Source: an uncultured Bacilli bacterium (lineage in GTDB: Bacteria; Bacillota_I; Bacilli_A; RFN20; CAG-826). From it: a stretch of 64,000 bases of DNA. The stretch covers positions 1,611 to 65,610 of the forward strand of contig CAKUWP010000011.1 in the NCBI GenBank assembly GCA_934699525.1, read 5' to 3'. Each line of letters begins with the position of its first letter. Within the stretch, counting starts at the first letter, position 1. Both the position numbers and the translations under genes were made by a program. Positions 9,276 through 19,535 of this stretch are shown piece by piece. The notes beneath the pieces are model-generated. The model did no database searches. It saw nothing but the letters and a program-made list of their open reading frames with translations, and was not told the origin of the DNA.

Positions 9276-11126
9276 GTGTACGACCGCGAATTGATTAACG
9301 ACGTTTTGAAAGCCGCTGATATCGCGGATGTTGTTCGACACTATCTTCCGGATTCTTTTCAGAAAAAAGGAAAGAATTATGCGGCTCGGTGTCCTTTTCA
9401 CGACGATCACGACCCCTCTCTTTCTATTAATGTAGAAAAACAAATTTACCATTGCTTCGTTTGTGGGCACGGGGGAAATTCCATTCGTTTTGTCCAGGAA
9501 TACACCCATTGTTCCTTTATGGAAGCGGTGCGTAAAACGGCGGAAATCGCTGGATTCCACGACCCCCGATTGGAAAAAGATGTTCCCCTGCCAACGATAG
9601 ACCCGCAAAAGAAGCGGTTGTTGGATTGCATTGACACCCTACAAAACTATTATCGTTATGCACTTTCCACCGAGGAAGGGGCTGCTGCAAGAGATTATTT
9701 GGCCAAAAGAAACCTTGATGAAGCCACGCAGGCTAAGTTTGGAATTGGCTATGCACCCCTAGACGGGTCTGCTACAGTCCGCTTCCTTAGAGCAAAGGGA
9801 TTTTCCCCGAAAAACATCGAAGAAATCGGAATTTCCAATGTTTCGGATTCGGAGATGCGTGATGTTAACGCCGGGCGAATCACCTTCCCTCTTTGGGATA
9901 ACCGTGGCGCCGTTATCGGCTTCAGCGCGCGACAAATCATCCGTGACCCCCAATCCGGTAAATACCGTAATTCGCCGGAGACCCCGCTATTTCATAAAGG
10001 AGACGTTCTGTATAACTACCACAATGTGGCCGAATCTGCTCATCACGATGGTTATTGCTATGTTTTGGAAGGCTTTATGGATGTCATGGCCCTTAACAAA
10101 GCCGGCCTTCCCAACGCGATAGCCCTCATGGGAGTCGCCCTTACCAAAAATCAGGTTTCTCTGCTAAAAAGGTTGCGCTGTGAAATTCGCCTTTGCCTTG
10201 ATGGGGACTTGGCGGGGCAAACGGGAATGATGGGGGCAATGGAAGAGCTCTCTGCCGCCAGCATCCCTTTCCAAATCGTAGACTACGGAAACGATTTACG
10301 TGATCCCGACGATATTCTTCAAGAAGACGGAAAGGATGCTTTGGTTAAGAGAATGCAAACTCTCTCCGACCCCATTGACTTCCAACTTTCCTATTTGCTT
10401 CACTTCAAAAAAACCAATCGCCCAGAGGAAAAGAAGGAGATCATCGAACGCCTTGGCCCTTCGATTATGAGGGAATCGGGTATTGAAAAGGAAAATCATA
10501 TTGCCAAGTTGGCAAAAGCTCTCCAATACGAAGAAAGCGCGCTTCGAATCGTCTTATCTCAAAACAATCGACCGGTTGTGCATTCTATTGAAGTGCCCTC
10601 CGCATCTTCAAGAAATGGAAAAAATCAGGCTGTTCGATCCTTATCGAAGGGGACTGCCAAAGGGACTCAACGTCTTGATTTCGCCGAAAACACTATTCTC
10701 TATTATTTGTTGACCAATGGTAAGGCTCGCAAGGATATTCAATCGCGAGATAACCCGTTCTATTCAGAGAATTACCGGCAAATACTATTCTATTTGCTTC
10801 AATACGCATCCGAAGTCGCCAATGACGGATTTGAAATCGCCGGATTGCTATCTTTTATTGAAGAAAACGAACCGTCGGCCTCTAGCAATCCTATGAGCAA
10901 CATCATTGCTTCGGTCGCTGACGAAGTTCCCACCTTGCCTTATAGCCCTTCTTTGCTGGATCGATGCAGCAAAGTGATTACGGAAGAAAAACAACGGTTG
11001 GGGCAAAAGAAACTCATTATTAAAGCGGTGGAAACTGGCGATAGCCGACTAGCCGCGTCTGCCTTAAAGGCGTTTGCTGAAAAACGTGGAGAGGAGTGGA
11101 AAAAGCAAATAAAAGAAAAAGATTAA
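9276..11126 (+). CDS. dnaG: DNA primase
   Basis: Zinc ribbon CPFHDDHDPS..CFVCG. TOPRIM domain (EGFMD, DGDLAG). GTG start with RBS AAGGAGG. Confidence 0.9.
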   Translation: MYDRELINDVLKAADIADVVRHYLPDSFQKKGKNYAARCPFHDDHDPSLSINVEKQIYHCFVCGHGGNSIRFVQEYTHCSFMEAVRKTAEIAGFHDPRLEKDVPLPTIDPQKKRLLDCIDTLQNYYRYALSTEEGAAARDYLAKRNLDEATQAKFGIGYAPLDGSATVRFLRAKGFSPKNIEEIGISNVSDSEMRDVNAGRITFPLWDNRGAVIGFSARQIIRDPQSGKYRNSPETPLFHKGDVLYNYHNVAESAHHDGYCYVLEGFMDVMALNKAGLPNAIALMGVALTKNQVSLLKRLRCEIRLCLDGDLAGQTGMMGAMEELSAASIPFQIVDYGNDLRDPDDILQEDGKDALVKRMQTLSDPIDFQLSYLLHFKKTNRPEEKKEIIERLGPSIMRESGIEKENHIAKLAKALQYEESALRIVLSQNNRPVVHSIEVPSASSRNGKNQAVRSLSKGTAKGTQRLDFAENTILYYLLTNGKARKDIQSRDNPFYSENYRQILFYLLQYASEVANDGFEIAGLLSFIEENEPSASSNPMSNIIASVADEVPTLPYSPSLLDRCSKVITEEKQRLGQKKLIIKAVETGDSRLAASALKAFAEKRGEEWKKQIKEKD

Positions 11127-11172
11127 TCGCGGAAACGCGTTCGTGAAATAGGAATAGGGAGGATCAAAACAT

Positions 11173-12600
11173 ATGAAAAAACAAAAAGAAACCATCGTGG
11201 ATGACGAACTTGACTTCTTAAGCGAAGAAGATGAAGTTGGTTCGGAGAAAAAAACGAAGAAGAAAACAAGCGCCCCCAAGAAGGAAGAAGAGGCGCCCGA
11301 AGAGATTTTTGACGGAGAGGAAGAAGAAGACCTCGCCAAGAAAAAAGCCATTGAAGACATCAAAAAGTCTTTCTTGAAAAAAGGAAAAGAAGAAGGCTCC
11401 ATCAATATGGAGGATGTCTTGTTCGAAACGGAAAAATTGGATATCACAGAAGAACAATTGAGCGATATCATCGAATTCTTCCGTAAAAACAACATCAAAG
11501 TGGAATCGGATGAAACCGAGGACGACATGGATGCGGATATGCCTGCCGATTTGATGGATGTGGAGCAACAAATCGCCGAGGACGAAGCCGACGCCGAAGT
11601 GGAAGGGGACTCGGAATTAAGCGCGGACGAGCAAGAAGTCGCTCAAATTTCTGAAGCGGATTTATCCCGCATGTCCATTGGCGAAGTCAAAAACAACGAC
11701 TGCGTCAAGATGTACCTGAAAGAAATCGGCAAGGTTAACCTTTTAACTGCCGCCGAAGAAACGGATTTGGCCAAACGCATTGTAGCCGGAAATCAACCCA
11801 ATGCGACCGAAGAAGAAAAAGAAGATGGCAAACTTGCCAAAGATCAGTTGATCACGGCGAACTTACGCCTTGTTATTTCCATCGCCAAACACTATATCGG
11901 ACGTGGCATGCATTTCTTGGATTTGATTCAAGAAGGAAATATGGGTTTGATTAAAGCGGTTGAAAAATTCGATTATACCAAAGGCTTTAAATTCTCTACT
12001 TACGCCACTTGGTGGATTCGCCAAGCCATCACTCGCGCGATCGCCGACCAAGCTCGTACCATTCGTATCCCCGTCCATATGGTGGAAACGATCAACAAAA
12101 TGACTCGCGTCCAGCGTCAGCTTGTCCAGGAATTAGGGCGCGATCCCACCGCAGAGGAAATTTCTGAAAAAATGGAAGGTCAGCTCTCTCCGGAAAAAAT
12201 CCGCGATATTCAACGAATTGCCCTTGAACCCGTATCGTTAGAAACACCGATTGGTGAAGAAGACGATTCTCATTTGGGTGATTTCATTGAAGATAAAGAC
12301 GCAGAATCGCCTGAAGAATACACGACCAAAGCGCTTCTGAAAGATGAACTCTATGACATCATGAAAGACTTAACCGACCGCGAAGAAAGAGTGTTGCGGC
12401 TACGTTATGGACTTGATGATAATCGTCCCCGTACTTTGGAAGAAGTGGGGCGTGAATTCGGCGTTACCCGCGAACGCATTCGTCAAATTGAGGCGAAAGC
12501 CATTCGCAAATTGCGCCACCCGACGCGCGCTAAAAAATTGGGAGATTATCGGGATTCTAGTTTTATCACTGGTTTCTCGGATAACCCCAACGATCGATAA
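11173..12600 (+). CDS. rpoD: primary RNA polymerase sigma factor (sigma-70/SigA) with an acidic, Lys/Glu-rich N-terminal region
   Basis: Region 2 [28 protein letters not shown], region 3 and region 4 [25 protein letters not shown] all present. Confidence 0.95.
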   Translation: MKKQKETIVDDELDFLSEEDEVGSEKKTKKKTSAPKKEEEAPEEIFDGEEEEDLAKKKAIEDIKKSFLKKGKEEGSINMEDVLFETEKLDITEEQLSDIIEFFRKNNIKVESDETEDDMDADMPADLMDVEQQIAEDEADAEVEGDSELSADEQEVAQISEADLSRMSIGEVKNNDCVKMYLKEIGKVNLLTAAEETDLAKRIVAGNQPNATEEEKEDGKLAKDQLITANLRLVISIAKHYIGRGMHFLDLIQEGNMGLIKAVEKFDYTKGFKFSTYATWWIRQAITRAIADQARTIRIPVHMVETINKMTRVQRQLVQELGRDPTAEEISEKMEGQLSPEKIRDIQRIALEPVSLETPIGEEDDSHLGDFIEDKDAESPEEYTTKALLKDELYDIMKDLTDREERVLRLRYGLDDNRPRTLEEVGREFGVTRERIRQIEAKAIRKLRHPTRAKKLGDYRDSSFITGFSDNPNDR

Positions 12601-12609
12601 GGAGAAATA

Positions 12610-13545
12610 ATGGCCATTCAGGATACCAAGCTTTCATCACAGAGGAATATCAGTTCCAACGCTCGTTCCCCTAAAAAGGCGAAGGGAAATCACCTTAGTC
12701 AAAAAGGAGAAGTGGAAAACTATTTAAGTCGGATTGCTAACCTTCCCCTTTTGACAGAGGAAGAAGAAAAAAACCTTGGTGAAGCCATCCTGAAGGGCCG
12801 GGGTGTCGAGGCCTCCTTGGAAGAGAAGGCTTCTGCTAAAGAAGCGGCAAAACAGCTGGCCAACGGTAATCTTCGTCTCGTGATTTCCATTGCCAAGGAA
12901 TACACGAATCGCGGTTTGCCGCTTATCGATTTGATTTCCGCGGGAAATGTGGGCTTATTGCATTCGGCAGAACTATTTGATTATCGGAAAGCTCGTTTTA
13001 CAACCTATGCTACTCGTGGGATTCGCGATGAAATTTCGCACACGATTATGGCAAATGGTCACGCGATTCGAATTCCCGAAGAAAAAATACTCCAGTATTC
13101 TCAGGTTAACCGCGCCAAAAAACAATTGGAACAAAAATTGATGCGCGAGCCTTCCTCCAAAGAAATCGCCGAATCGATGGAGGGATTTACCCCAGAACAG
13201 GTGGCATCCCTTTTAAAGATGCCACTTCAAGTGGTGTCCACCGATAATCCCATCGGCCCTGAAAACGATTCTTATTCTCTGCAAGACTTAATTCCCGACT
13301 CGGATTCCGATGTCGACAAAAGTATTCTTCAAGAAGAAGACGAAAAAACTGTGGCTAGTGTTTTAGCTGCTTTAATCGATAGGGAGCGCGAATTCATTCG
13401 TTTACTCTACGGTTTAAATGGAGATGCTCCGCTTTCTTTGCAAGAAGTGGGGAATCGGTATGGAATCAGCCGAGAACGCGTGCGCCAAATTCGAGAAACT
13501 GCCTTATCCAAAATGAGAAAGGCTTTAGGAGACGACGATGCCTAA
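12610..13545 (+). CDS. sigma-70 family paralog with divergent region 2.3/2.4; conserved Trp dyad lost
   Basis: [27 protein letters not shown] region 2.1/2.2 is conserved. It has TYATRGIRDEISHTI where SigA has [15 protein letters not shown]. Region 4.2 is conserved (SRERVRQIRETALSKMRK). RBS AAGGAG sits 9 nt after the rpoD stop. Its stop overlaps the trmK start. Confidence 0.8.
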   Translation: MAIQDTKLSSQRNISSNARSPKKAKGNHLSQKGEVENYLSRIANLPLLTEEEEKNLGEAILKGRGVEASLEEKASAKEAAKQLANGNLRLVISIAKEYTNRGLPLIDLISAGNVGLLHSAELFDYRKARFTTYATRGIRDEISHTIMANGHAIRIPEEKILQYSQVNRAKKQLEQKLMREPSSKEIAESMEGFTPEQVASLLKMPLQVVSTDNPIGPENDSYSLQDLIPDSDSDVDKSILQEEDEKTVASVLAALIDREREFIRLLYGLNGDAPLSLQEVGNRYGISRERVRQIRETALSKMRKALGDDDA

Positions 13546-14224
13546 GAAATTATCCAAAAGACTTCAATCCATCGCTAATCTTGTCCCAAAAAACAGTTAT
13601 ATCGCCGATATCGGAAGCGATCATGCACAGCTTCCGATCTATTTATGTGAAACGGGAACTGTATCTTGGGCTCAAGCGGTCGAAAATAAAACGGGTCCTT
13701 TTTTGCATATGACTCACGCAATTCAAGAAAGTGGGTTAGAGGGTCATATTGATTGTAGCCGAAGTGATGGAATATCCGACCTTAACGAGGGAGTAGACAC
13801 CGTCTTGATTTGTGGGATGGGTGGAATGCTTGCTTGCGACATTTTGGAAGCACACACCGAAAAATTGTTCCATGTTCAAACCATCATCGTTGACCCTCAC
13901 AAAGATTTAGTATCCGTAAGAAAACGCGTGACTGCGCTTGGATATAAAATCGACGAAGAAACCATGGTTTACGAAGATAAAATCTTCTATACCATTATTC
14001 GTTTTGTCAAAACGGATGTCGCCGTTGAATACAGCCGAAGCGATCTTCTTTTCGGCCCGATACTTCGAAAAAAACGCGGTGAAACCTTCGAAGATTGGCT
14101 CAAAATTCAGCTGAAACACGTCAATGATATTTTGAATTTGAATTTGCCTCGCGAAAAACGGGACTACTATTTGGATTTATATCGATTAATTCGCGATGAA
14201 AAGAATCGGGCTAGCGTTGCATAG
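13538..14224 (+). CDS. trmK: tRNA (adenine22-N1)-methyltransferase TrmK (YqfN family)
   Basis: 228 aa. SAM-MTase N-terminus IADIGSDHAQLPIYL. Follows sigA as in B. subtilis. Confidence 0.7.
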   Translation: MPKKLSKRLQSIANLVPKNSYIADIGSDHAQLPIYLCETGTVSWAQAVENKTGPFLHMTHAIQESGLEGHIDCSRSDGISDLNEGVDTVLICGMGGMLACDILEAHTEKLFHVQTIIVDPHKDLVSVRKRVTALGYKIDEETMVYEDKIFYTIIRFVKTDVAVEYSRSDLLFGPILRKKRGETFEDWLKIQLKHVNDILNLNLPREKRDYYLDLYRLIRDEKNRASVA

Positions 14225-15077
14225 CCGATAAATAATCGTAGCATTCCTTTAGGATGGATGGCGAAGTGGAAGCGCCACTAGAAAGGGCGATTCTCTCGCC
14301 TTTTTTAAAGGAAATATTTTGAAGTTCTGCAAGATTCCTAACAAGGTAACAGCGGAGATTTTTCTTTACTCCGATTTCGTACAATTTAACCGAATTATTG
14401 GAACGAGGACTGCCAAGGACCACTAAAGTGGTAATGGATTTCGGCAAATCCATAATTGCCTTTTGACGTAAATACGTGCTTTGGCATTGGGATTTAATCA
14501 ATTGAATCGAAATTCCTTTTTTGGATAAAAAAGAAATCGCGGATTCTATTTCCTCTCCAGAAATCGTAGTTTGGCATATGGCGGGATAGACGGTGGATGG
14601 AGTAATGTCGATGCTTTTGAGTTCTGGGTGGACCACATCGATAAAAATAGCATTGGGGTTATTGGCCATAAACGCATCGGCTTCTAAATGGCCTTTTACC
14701 CCAAAATAGAAGAAAGAGGACCGGAGGGAAGCCCCAGCCACTCGGTTTGCTTCCACGAAAGGACAAGTGCAATCTAATATTTTAAGATTTTTTTCCGCTG
14801 CAAATTTTTCCCAACCCAAGGGGTGCCCGTGGGCAGAAAAGATCACGTAGGAGCCGTTGGGGATGCTCTTCAAGGCGACTTCTAAATTTTCTTTTCTCTC
14901 ATCGATAATATGAATGTGATGATTTTGAAATTCCATCATGGAATCCTCGTTGTGAACAAGCATCCCAAGGCAATAAATTTCAACGTCGGGTTGCTCCTCC
15001 CTTAGCCTTAAAGCGAGAGAGAAGGCCCTTTGCACGCCAGAGCAATATCCGTTTGGTTCGAGAAGTAAGACATCCAT
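14211..15077 (-). CDS. ispH: 4-hydroxy-3-methylbut-2-enyl diphosphate reductase
   Basis: GYCSGV, LVHN, FSAHG, DCTCPFV, CQTT, SNNS and GASTSP motifs align with IspH/LytB. Confidence 0.8.
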   Translation of the reverse strand: MDVLLLEPNGYCSGVQRAFSLALRLREEQPDVEIYCLGMLVHNEDSMMEFQNHHIHIIDERKENLEVALKSIPNGSYVIFSAHGHPLGWEKFAAEKNLKILDCTCPFVEANRVAGASLRSSFFYFGVKGHLEADAFMANNPNAIFIDVVHPELKSIDITPSTVYPAICQTTISGEEIESAISFLSKKGISIQLIKSQCQSTYLRQKAIMDLPKSITTLVVLGSPRSNNSVKLYEIGVKKNLRCYLVRNLAELQNISFKKGERIALSSGASTSPSILKECYDYLSAMQR

Positions 15078-15137
15078 ACAAGTATTTTCGTTGAGAATCT
15101 AGGAAAAATGAAGAGATTTCCTATATAATCGTGCGGT

Positions 15138-16517
15138 ATGAAATCCTTTAAAGAATTTAACTTAAGCCCAGCGCTAACGAGCGCACTGGAAAAAATGGGC
15201 TACACCTCGCCTTCCCCGGTACAATCTCGGGTCATTCCCAAGGCGTTGCAAGGCAAACGCATTGTTTGCCAAAGTGAAACGGGGAGTGGGAAAACCCATT
15301 CCTATTTAATTCCCATTTTGCAAAAAATTGACACGCATTTGCCCCGTTTGCAGTCGATTATTATTTGTCCGAGTCGAGAATTGGCGCGTCAGGTTTATGA
15401 CTTTGCCTTCGCTTTTACTCGTTTCTTCCCCACCTTCAAAGTGCGACTCTTCTCTAGTGAAACCGAAATCGCCCAAAATAAAGAAGGGCAAACTGTTCCC
15501 CCTCAAATGATCGTGGGAACCCCCGGCCGTTTAAAAGAGCTCCTTTCGCAGGAATATGTTTTTGATTTGCATGGAGTTCGCAGCCTTGTTATGGATGAAG
15601 CAGATATGCTTTTAGAACTCGGATACTTCCAAGACATCGATGAAATTTATCAAAAACTTCCAGAAAACGTTCAAACCATGGTGTTTTCTGCGACCATGAA
15701 CGAAAATCTTAAGCTTCAACTTGAAAAATATATTGGCTCCGAGTTTTTATACGAGGGAGAAGAGCAAAAGACCAGTTCCCGCGTTGCCCATCATTTCGTC
15801 GATGTTAGACATGTCGGCACCGTGGAAGCACTATCCAAGTTTCTCGATATTCGACGCCCCTATTTTTGCCTTGTCTTCGCCTCTAAAAAAGAAGACGTCA
15901 AAACCATATACGAAGGATTGAAAGCCAAGAAATATTCCGTTACCTATTTCTCAGGTGATTTAGACAGCCGAGAAAGAAAACAGGTTTTGAAAAGAATCCG
16001 GGCAGACGAATATCAAATAGTTGTGTGCAGTGACTTGCTAAGCCGTGGCATTGATTTGGATAACGTAACGGATGTAATTTCGGTGGATTTGCCCATGGAT
16101 CTTTCCTATTACTATCATCGCGCGGGAAGAACCGGTCGATTCGATAAAACCGGTGATTCCTGGGTTTTCTATAACGTAGATTCCCTTTCTCGTCCCAAAG
16201 AATTGCTCAGCCAAGGTCTACCTTTCGATTACTATATCTTAAAGAATGATCGCCTTGAGAAAAACGAATTGGGGTTGGACGCCAAAAAGAAATTCTCCGG
16301 AAAGAAAAAATTTTCGGAAGAGGAATTGAAGGAAGTTAAAATCGCCAAGGCAAAAACTTCCTCGAAAACCGTGAAACCCGGCTATAAAAAGAAGCAAATG
16401 CGCGCGGTGGAAAAAGTGAAGAACAAGTACCGCCGGAAAGCCATCCAAAAATCAATTAAAGCCAAAAAGGATGCTCGTTACGCGCAAAGGGCGAAACAAA
16501 AACTGGAAGGGAAATAA
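15138..16517 (+). CDS. DEAD-box ATP-dependent RNA helicase (CshA/CshB-like) with a basic C-terminal tail
   Basis: Q-motif, Walker A SETGSGKT, DEAD (VMDEADML), SAT, HRAGRTGR motifs. Lys-rich C-terminus. Confidence 0.9.
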   Translation: MKSFKEFNLSPALTSALEKMGYTSPSPVQSRVIPKALQGKRIVCQSETGSGKTHSYLIPILQKIDTHLPRLQSIIICPSRELARQVYDFAFAFTRFFPTFKVRLFSSETEIAQNKEGQTVPPQMIVGTPGRLKELLSQEYVFDLHGVRSLVMDEADMLLELGYFQDIDEIYQKLPENVQTMVFSATMNENLKLQLEKYIGSEFLYEGEEQKTSSRVAHHFVDVRHVGTVEALSKFLDIRRPYFCLVFASKKEDVKTIYEGLKAKKYSVTYFSGDLDSRERKQVLKRIRADEYQIVVCSDLLSRGIDLDNVTDVISVDLPMDLSYYYHRAGRTGRFDKTGDSWVFYNVDSLSRPKELLSQGLPFDYYILKNDRLEKNELGLDAKKKFSGKKKFSEEELKEVKIAKAKTSSKTVKPGYKKKQMRAVEKVKNKYRRKAIQKSIKAKKDARYAQRAKQKLEGK

Positions 16518-17573
16518 CTAAAGTTTTTTCAATTCTTCGATCATGGTGGGGATAATCTCCCCGTCTTTTACTTCCTTAAGGATCTTTCCTTTTTGAAAGA
16601 TAACCCAGCATCCTTTTCCGCCCGCGCACCCTAAGTCCGCGTGTTTGGCTTCGCCGGGACCATTGACGACGCACCCCATTACAGCAACCGTTTTATTGAT
16701 GTGATTTTCTTCCATATAAGATTGAAGCGCCTTGGCCGTAGGAATCAGATTTACCTGGGTTCTCCCACATGTGGGGCAGGAAATGAAGGTCGGGTAATCT
16801 GGTTTTAGCCCCAAATCATGTAAAAGACGGCAGCAGGCTTTAATTTCTTCTTCCGGAGCATCGCTAAGGGAGATACGAATGGTATCCCCGATTCCCTCCA
16901 TTAATAAGGGGCCAAGTCCGGCAGTGGAACGGATAAGGCCGATATCTTTGGGCCCCGCTTCCGTGATTCCTAAATGAAGAGGATAGGGGAAACGTTTGGA
17001 GGCCTCTTTATAGGCTTCCACGGTTTCAAGTACATCACTTCCTTTGGCGGATAAGACCAAATCATGGAAACCCATCTCTTCAAAAATGGCGACGCATTCG
17101 GATAAATCATCCATCAACTGTATCGCGGATGCCGGGCGCGGTTCGTTAGAATTAGCATCTTTTTTCAAAGAGCCAGAGTTCACGCCGATGCGAATGGGAA
17201 TCCTTTTAGAGGCACATTTTGCGGCAACCTGCCAAATTCGTTCTTTGGAGCCGATGTTGCCGGGGTTGACGCGGATGGCGTCCGCCCCATTTTCGATGGC
17301 GCAAAGTGCTAAACGATAGTCAAAATGAATATCGGCGATTAAAGGAATAGAGGTTTCCTTTTTCAAAATAGAGAAAGCTTTTGCATCCTCTTCGTCTAGG
17401 ACGGAAAGTCTCATTAAATCGGCTCCAAGTTCGTGGCATTTTCGAAGCTGCTCTACCACGAGATCCGTGCGACTCGTTTTAATGGAGCACATGCTTTGAA
17501 TCAATATTTTTTCTTGTCCGCCCAGTTGAATGTTCCCAACGTGAACAGGTCTTGTGTCTTTGCGTTTTACCAT
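16518..17573 (-). CDS. ispG: 4-hydroxy-3-methylbut-2-en-1-yl diphosphate synthase
   Basis: GcpE family. N-terminal TIM barrel and C-terminal 4Fe-4S domain CPTCGRT..C. 351 aa. Confidence 0.85.
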   Translation of the reverse strand: MVKRKDTRPVHVGNIQLGGQEKILIQSMCSIKTSRTDLVVEQLRKCHELGADLMRLSVLDEEDAKAFSILKKETSIPLIADIHFDYRLALCAIENGADAIRVNPGNIGSKERIWQVAAKCASKRIPIRIGVNSGSLKKDANSNEPRPASAIQLMDDLSECVAIFEEMGFHDLVLSAKGSDVLETVEAYKEASKRFPYPLHLGITEAGPKDIGLIRSTAGLGPLLMEGIGDTIRISLSDAPEEEIKACCRLLHDLGLKPDYPTFISCPTCGRTQVNLIPTAKALQSYMEENHINKTVAVMGCVVNGPGEAKHADLGCAGGKGCWVIFQKGKILKEVKDGEIIPTMIEELKKL

Positions 17574-17668
17574 AACTTCATTGTAATGCCTTTTCGCCCG
17601 ATTTTGCTTATAGATTTTCCCTTTTTACTATGGTAAACTCATCAACGCTCAATAGAGGGAGAAGAAAA

Positions 17669-17827
17669 ATGGCCAGCAAACGCGATGAAGTCATCTTGAA
17701 GTGCACCGTGTGCGGTGAAGAAAATTACATCACCACCCGTAATAAGCACTCTCACCCTGCTAAAATGGAAATCAAAAAATATTGCCACCGTTGCAGGGAA
17801 AAGACGTTGCACAAAGAGAAAAAATAA
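17669..17827 (+). CDS. rpmG: 50S ribosomal protein L33
   Basis: MASKRDEVILKCTVCGEENY..CHRCREKTLHKEKK zinc ribbon. RBS AGAGGGA. The ORF-track start at 17630 is likely too early. Confidence 0.9.
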   Translation: MASKRDEVILKCTVCGEENYITTRNKHSHPAKMEIKKYCHRCREKTLHKEKK

Positions 17828-17860
17828 GGCCTCGGCCTTATTTTTTTGTTAAACTAAAGC

Positions 17861-18259
17861 ATGCTTCTTTTCTTTTTCATCACCATTGTTTCCCTTGGGT
17901 TTATCCCCCTAAGTCTATTAACCAAGAAGAAAAAAATCCCTGAAGGGATCGGTGCATTTTCTTCTTTGATTTTGGGGATGGCTTTTGTTTTTAATCTTAC
18001 TAGCGTTACCTATCATGCATTCGGCAATCAAAAAGCTTATGAGACATCCTTGCAAAACCGAGAGGACATAATGGCACGTTATCACGAAGCTAAAAACGAC
18101 GAAAGCAAAGAATCCGAACTAAAAAAGGTCACGAAAGAAATCGCCTGGTATAACGAGGAACTAAGACAAAACAAAGAAATGGCCGATTCTATTTGGATGA
18201 ATTGGTATAGTTATTCTTACGCGAGTGAGCATTTCGATGAACTAATTATCACGCTATGA
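17861..18259 (+). CDS. hypothetical membrane protein (2 predicted TM helices plus a charged C-terminal region)
   Basis: 132-aa ORF translationally coupled (ATGA) to the downstream MBL hydrolase. Confidence 0.5.
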   Translation: MLLFFFITIVSLGFIPLSLLTKKKKIPEGIGAFSSLILGMAFVFNLTSVTYHAFGNQKAYETSLQNREDIMARYHEAKNDESKESELKKVTKEIAWYNEELRQNKEMADSIWMNWYSYSYASEHFDELIITL

Positions 18260-18912
18260 GCAATCACAAAGTAGCAAACCTCTATAACGGAGGTTTTTGG
18301 TCTAATGTTTATTGTCTAGGGGAAGAAGGCGGCCCCTGCATTGTTATCGACATGGGTGACAATCGTGCCGATCGCATTGGAAAATTTATACAAAAACATT
18401 ATAGCCGATGCCTAGGAATCTTATTGACCCACGGGCATTTCGACCATATTTATGGCTTATCTCAGCGAACCGGAGGTTGCCAAGAAGTGCCGGTATTTCT
18501 TTACAGTCAGGATATTCCTTGTTTATCTTCCCCGAAACGAAACGCCTCCGAAGATTTAGTTGACGAACCTTTCGCTTGGGAAGGGAAGGCACAAGAAATA
18601 TATGATGGATTGGGACTTTTTGAGGGTTCTCTTCGTTGTCAGATCCTTCATACGCCCTTCCATACAGTAGGTTCCTGCTGCTTTTATTTTCCAGAGCTCG
18701 ACTTATGTTTCACCGGGGATACGTTGTTTCATTTGGGCGTTGGACGTGATGACCTTGCGGGTTCTGCACCCCGACTTCGCGATGATTCCTTAGGAAAATT
18801 GATGAAACTGCCACCAAATACTTCCATTTTCCCAGGGCACGGCCCGAAAACCACCCTCGAAAATGAGTTGCAATATAACCCCTATCTTTCTTCAAAGAAC
18901 TGGGGCTTTTAA
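18256..18912 (+). CDS. MBL-fold metallo-hydrolase
   Basis: LLTHGHFDHI motif and further His/Asp ligands. 218 aa. Confidence 0.8.
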   Translation: MSNHKVANLYNGGFWSNVYCLGEEGGPCIVIDMGDNRADRIGKFIQKHYSRCLGILLTHGHFDHIYGLSQRTGGCQEVPVFLYSQDIPCLSSPKRNASEDLVDEPFAWEGKAQEIYDGLGLFEGSLRCQILHTPFHTVGSCCFYFPELDLCFTGDTLFHLGVGRDDLAGSAPRLRDDSLGKLMKLPPNTSIFPGHGPKTTLENELQYNPYLSSKNWGF

Positions 18913-18971
18913 CGGATTATAAATTTATTTATAATATCTACCGCGTTTGATACGCTTTTAGGAGTAGAAAA

Positions 18972-19535
18972 ATGATCAACGTTACCGAATTACGTCCTGG
19001 CAATTATTTCATTGATGAAGGAAATCTTTATCGTGTTATCGATATCCTTCTTAACAAAACGGCCATGAGAAAAATGGTCGCCAAAGTCAAAGTCAAAAAT
19101 TTGCGCACTGGAGCCATCACCGAGCTCGCCAGAAACTCGGGCTATGGAGTCGAAGACATTCACATCGACAAGAAAATCATGCAATATCTTTATGATTCCG
19201 GCGAAACCCTCGTTTTTATGGACGGCAAAACCTATGAACAAGCCGAACTCGCCAAAAATAACTATGGCGACATCATCCCCTTCCTCGCCCCGAACCAAGA
19301 AGTGACCATCGTCTCATACGAAGACGAAATCTTGGATGTCCAACTTCCGTCTAAAGTTGCTTTAACGGTTGTTGAATGTGAACCGGGCGTCCGTGGCGAC
19401 ACCGTTTCTAACGGAGGTTCCAAAGATGCTAAGCTAGAAACCGGAATGAACATCCGCGTCCCTCTCTTCATCAACCAAGGCGATAAGATCTCCGTCGATA
19501 CCACCACTGGCAAATACGACGGGAGGGCCAACTAA
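18972..19535 (+). CDS. efp: translation elongation factor P
   Basis: 187 aa with KOW-like N-terminus and OB domains. Classic EF-P sequence. Confidence 0.9.
   Translation: MINVTELRPGNYFIDEGNLYRVIDILLNKTAMRKMVAKVKVKNLRTGAITELARNSGYGVEDIHIDKKIMQYLYDSGETLVFMDGKTYEQAELAKNNYGDIIPFLAPNQEVTIVSYEDEILDVQLPSKVALTVVECEPGVRGDTVSNGGSKDAKLETGMNIRVPLFINQGDKISVDTTTGKYDGRAN

Noticed and set aside
11064-11528. 154-aa Ser-rich ORF on the minus strand
   Set aside because: Antisense to the acidic, low-complexity 5' part of rpoD (GAA/GAG repeats read as TTC/CTC giving Ser/Phe/Leu). No RBS. An artefact.
14211-15077. Expected Nif3/YqfO here by Bacillus synteny (sigA-yqfO-trmK)
   Set aside because: The protein carries clear IspH/LytB motifs (GYCSGV, FSAHG, DCTCPFV, SNNS) and is on the opposite strand.
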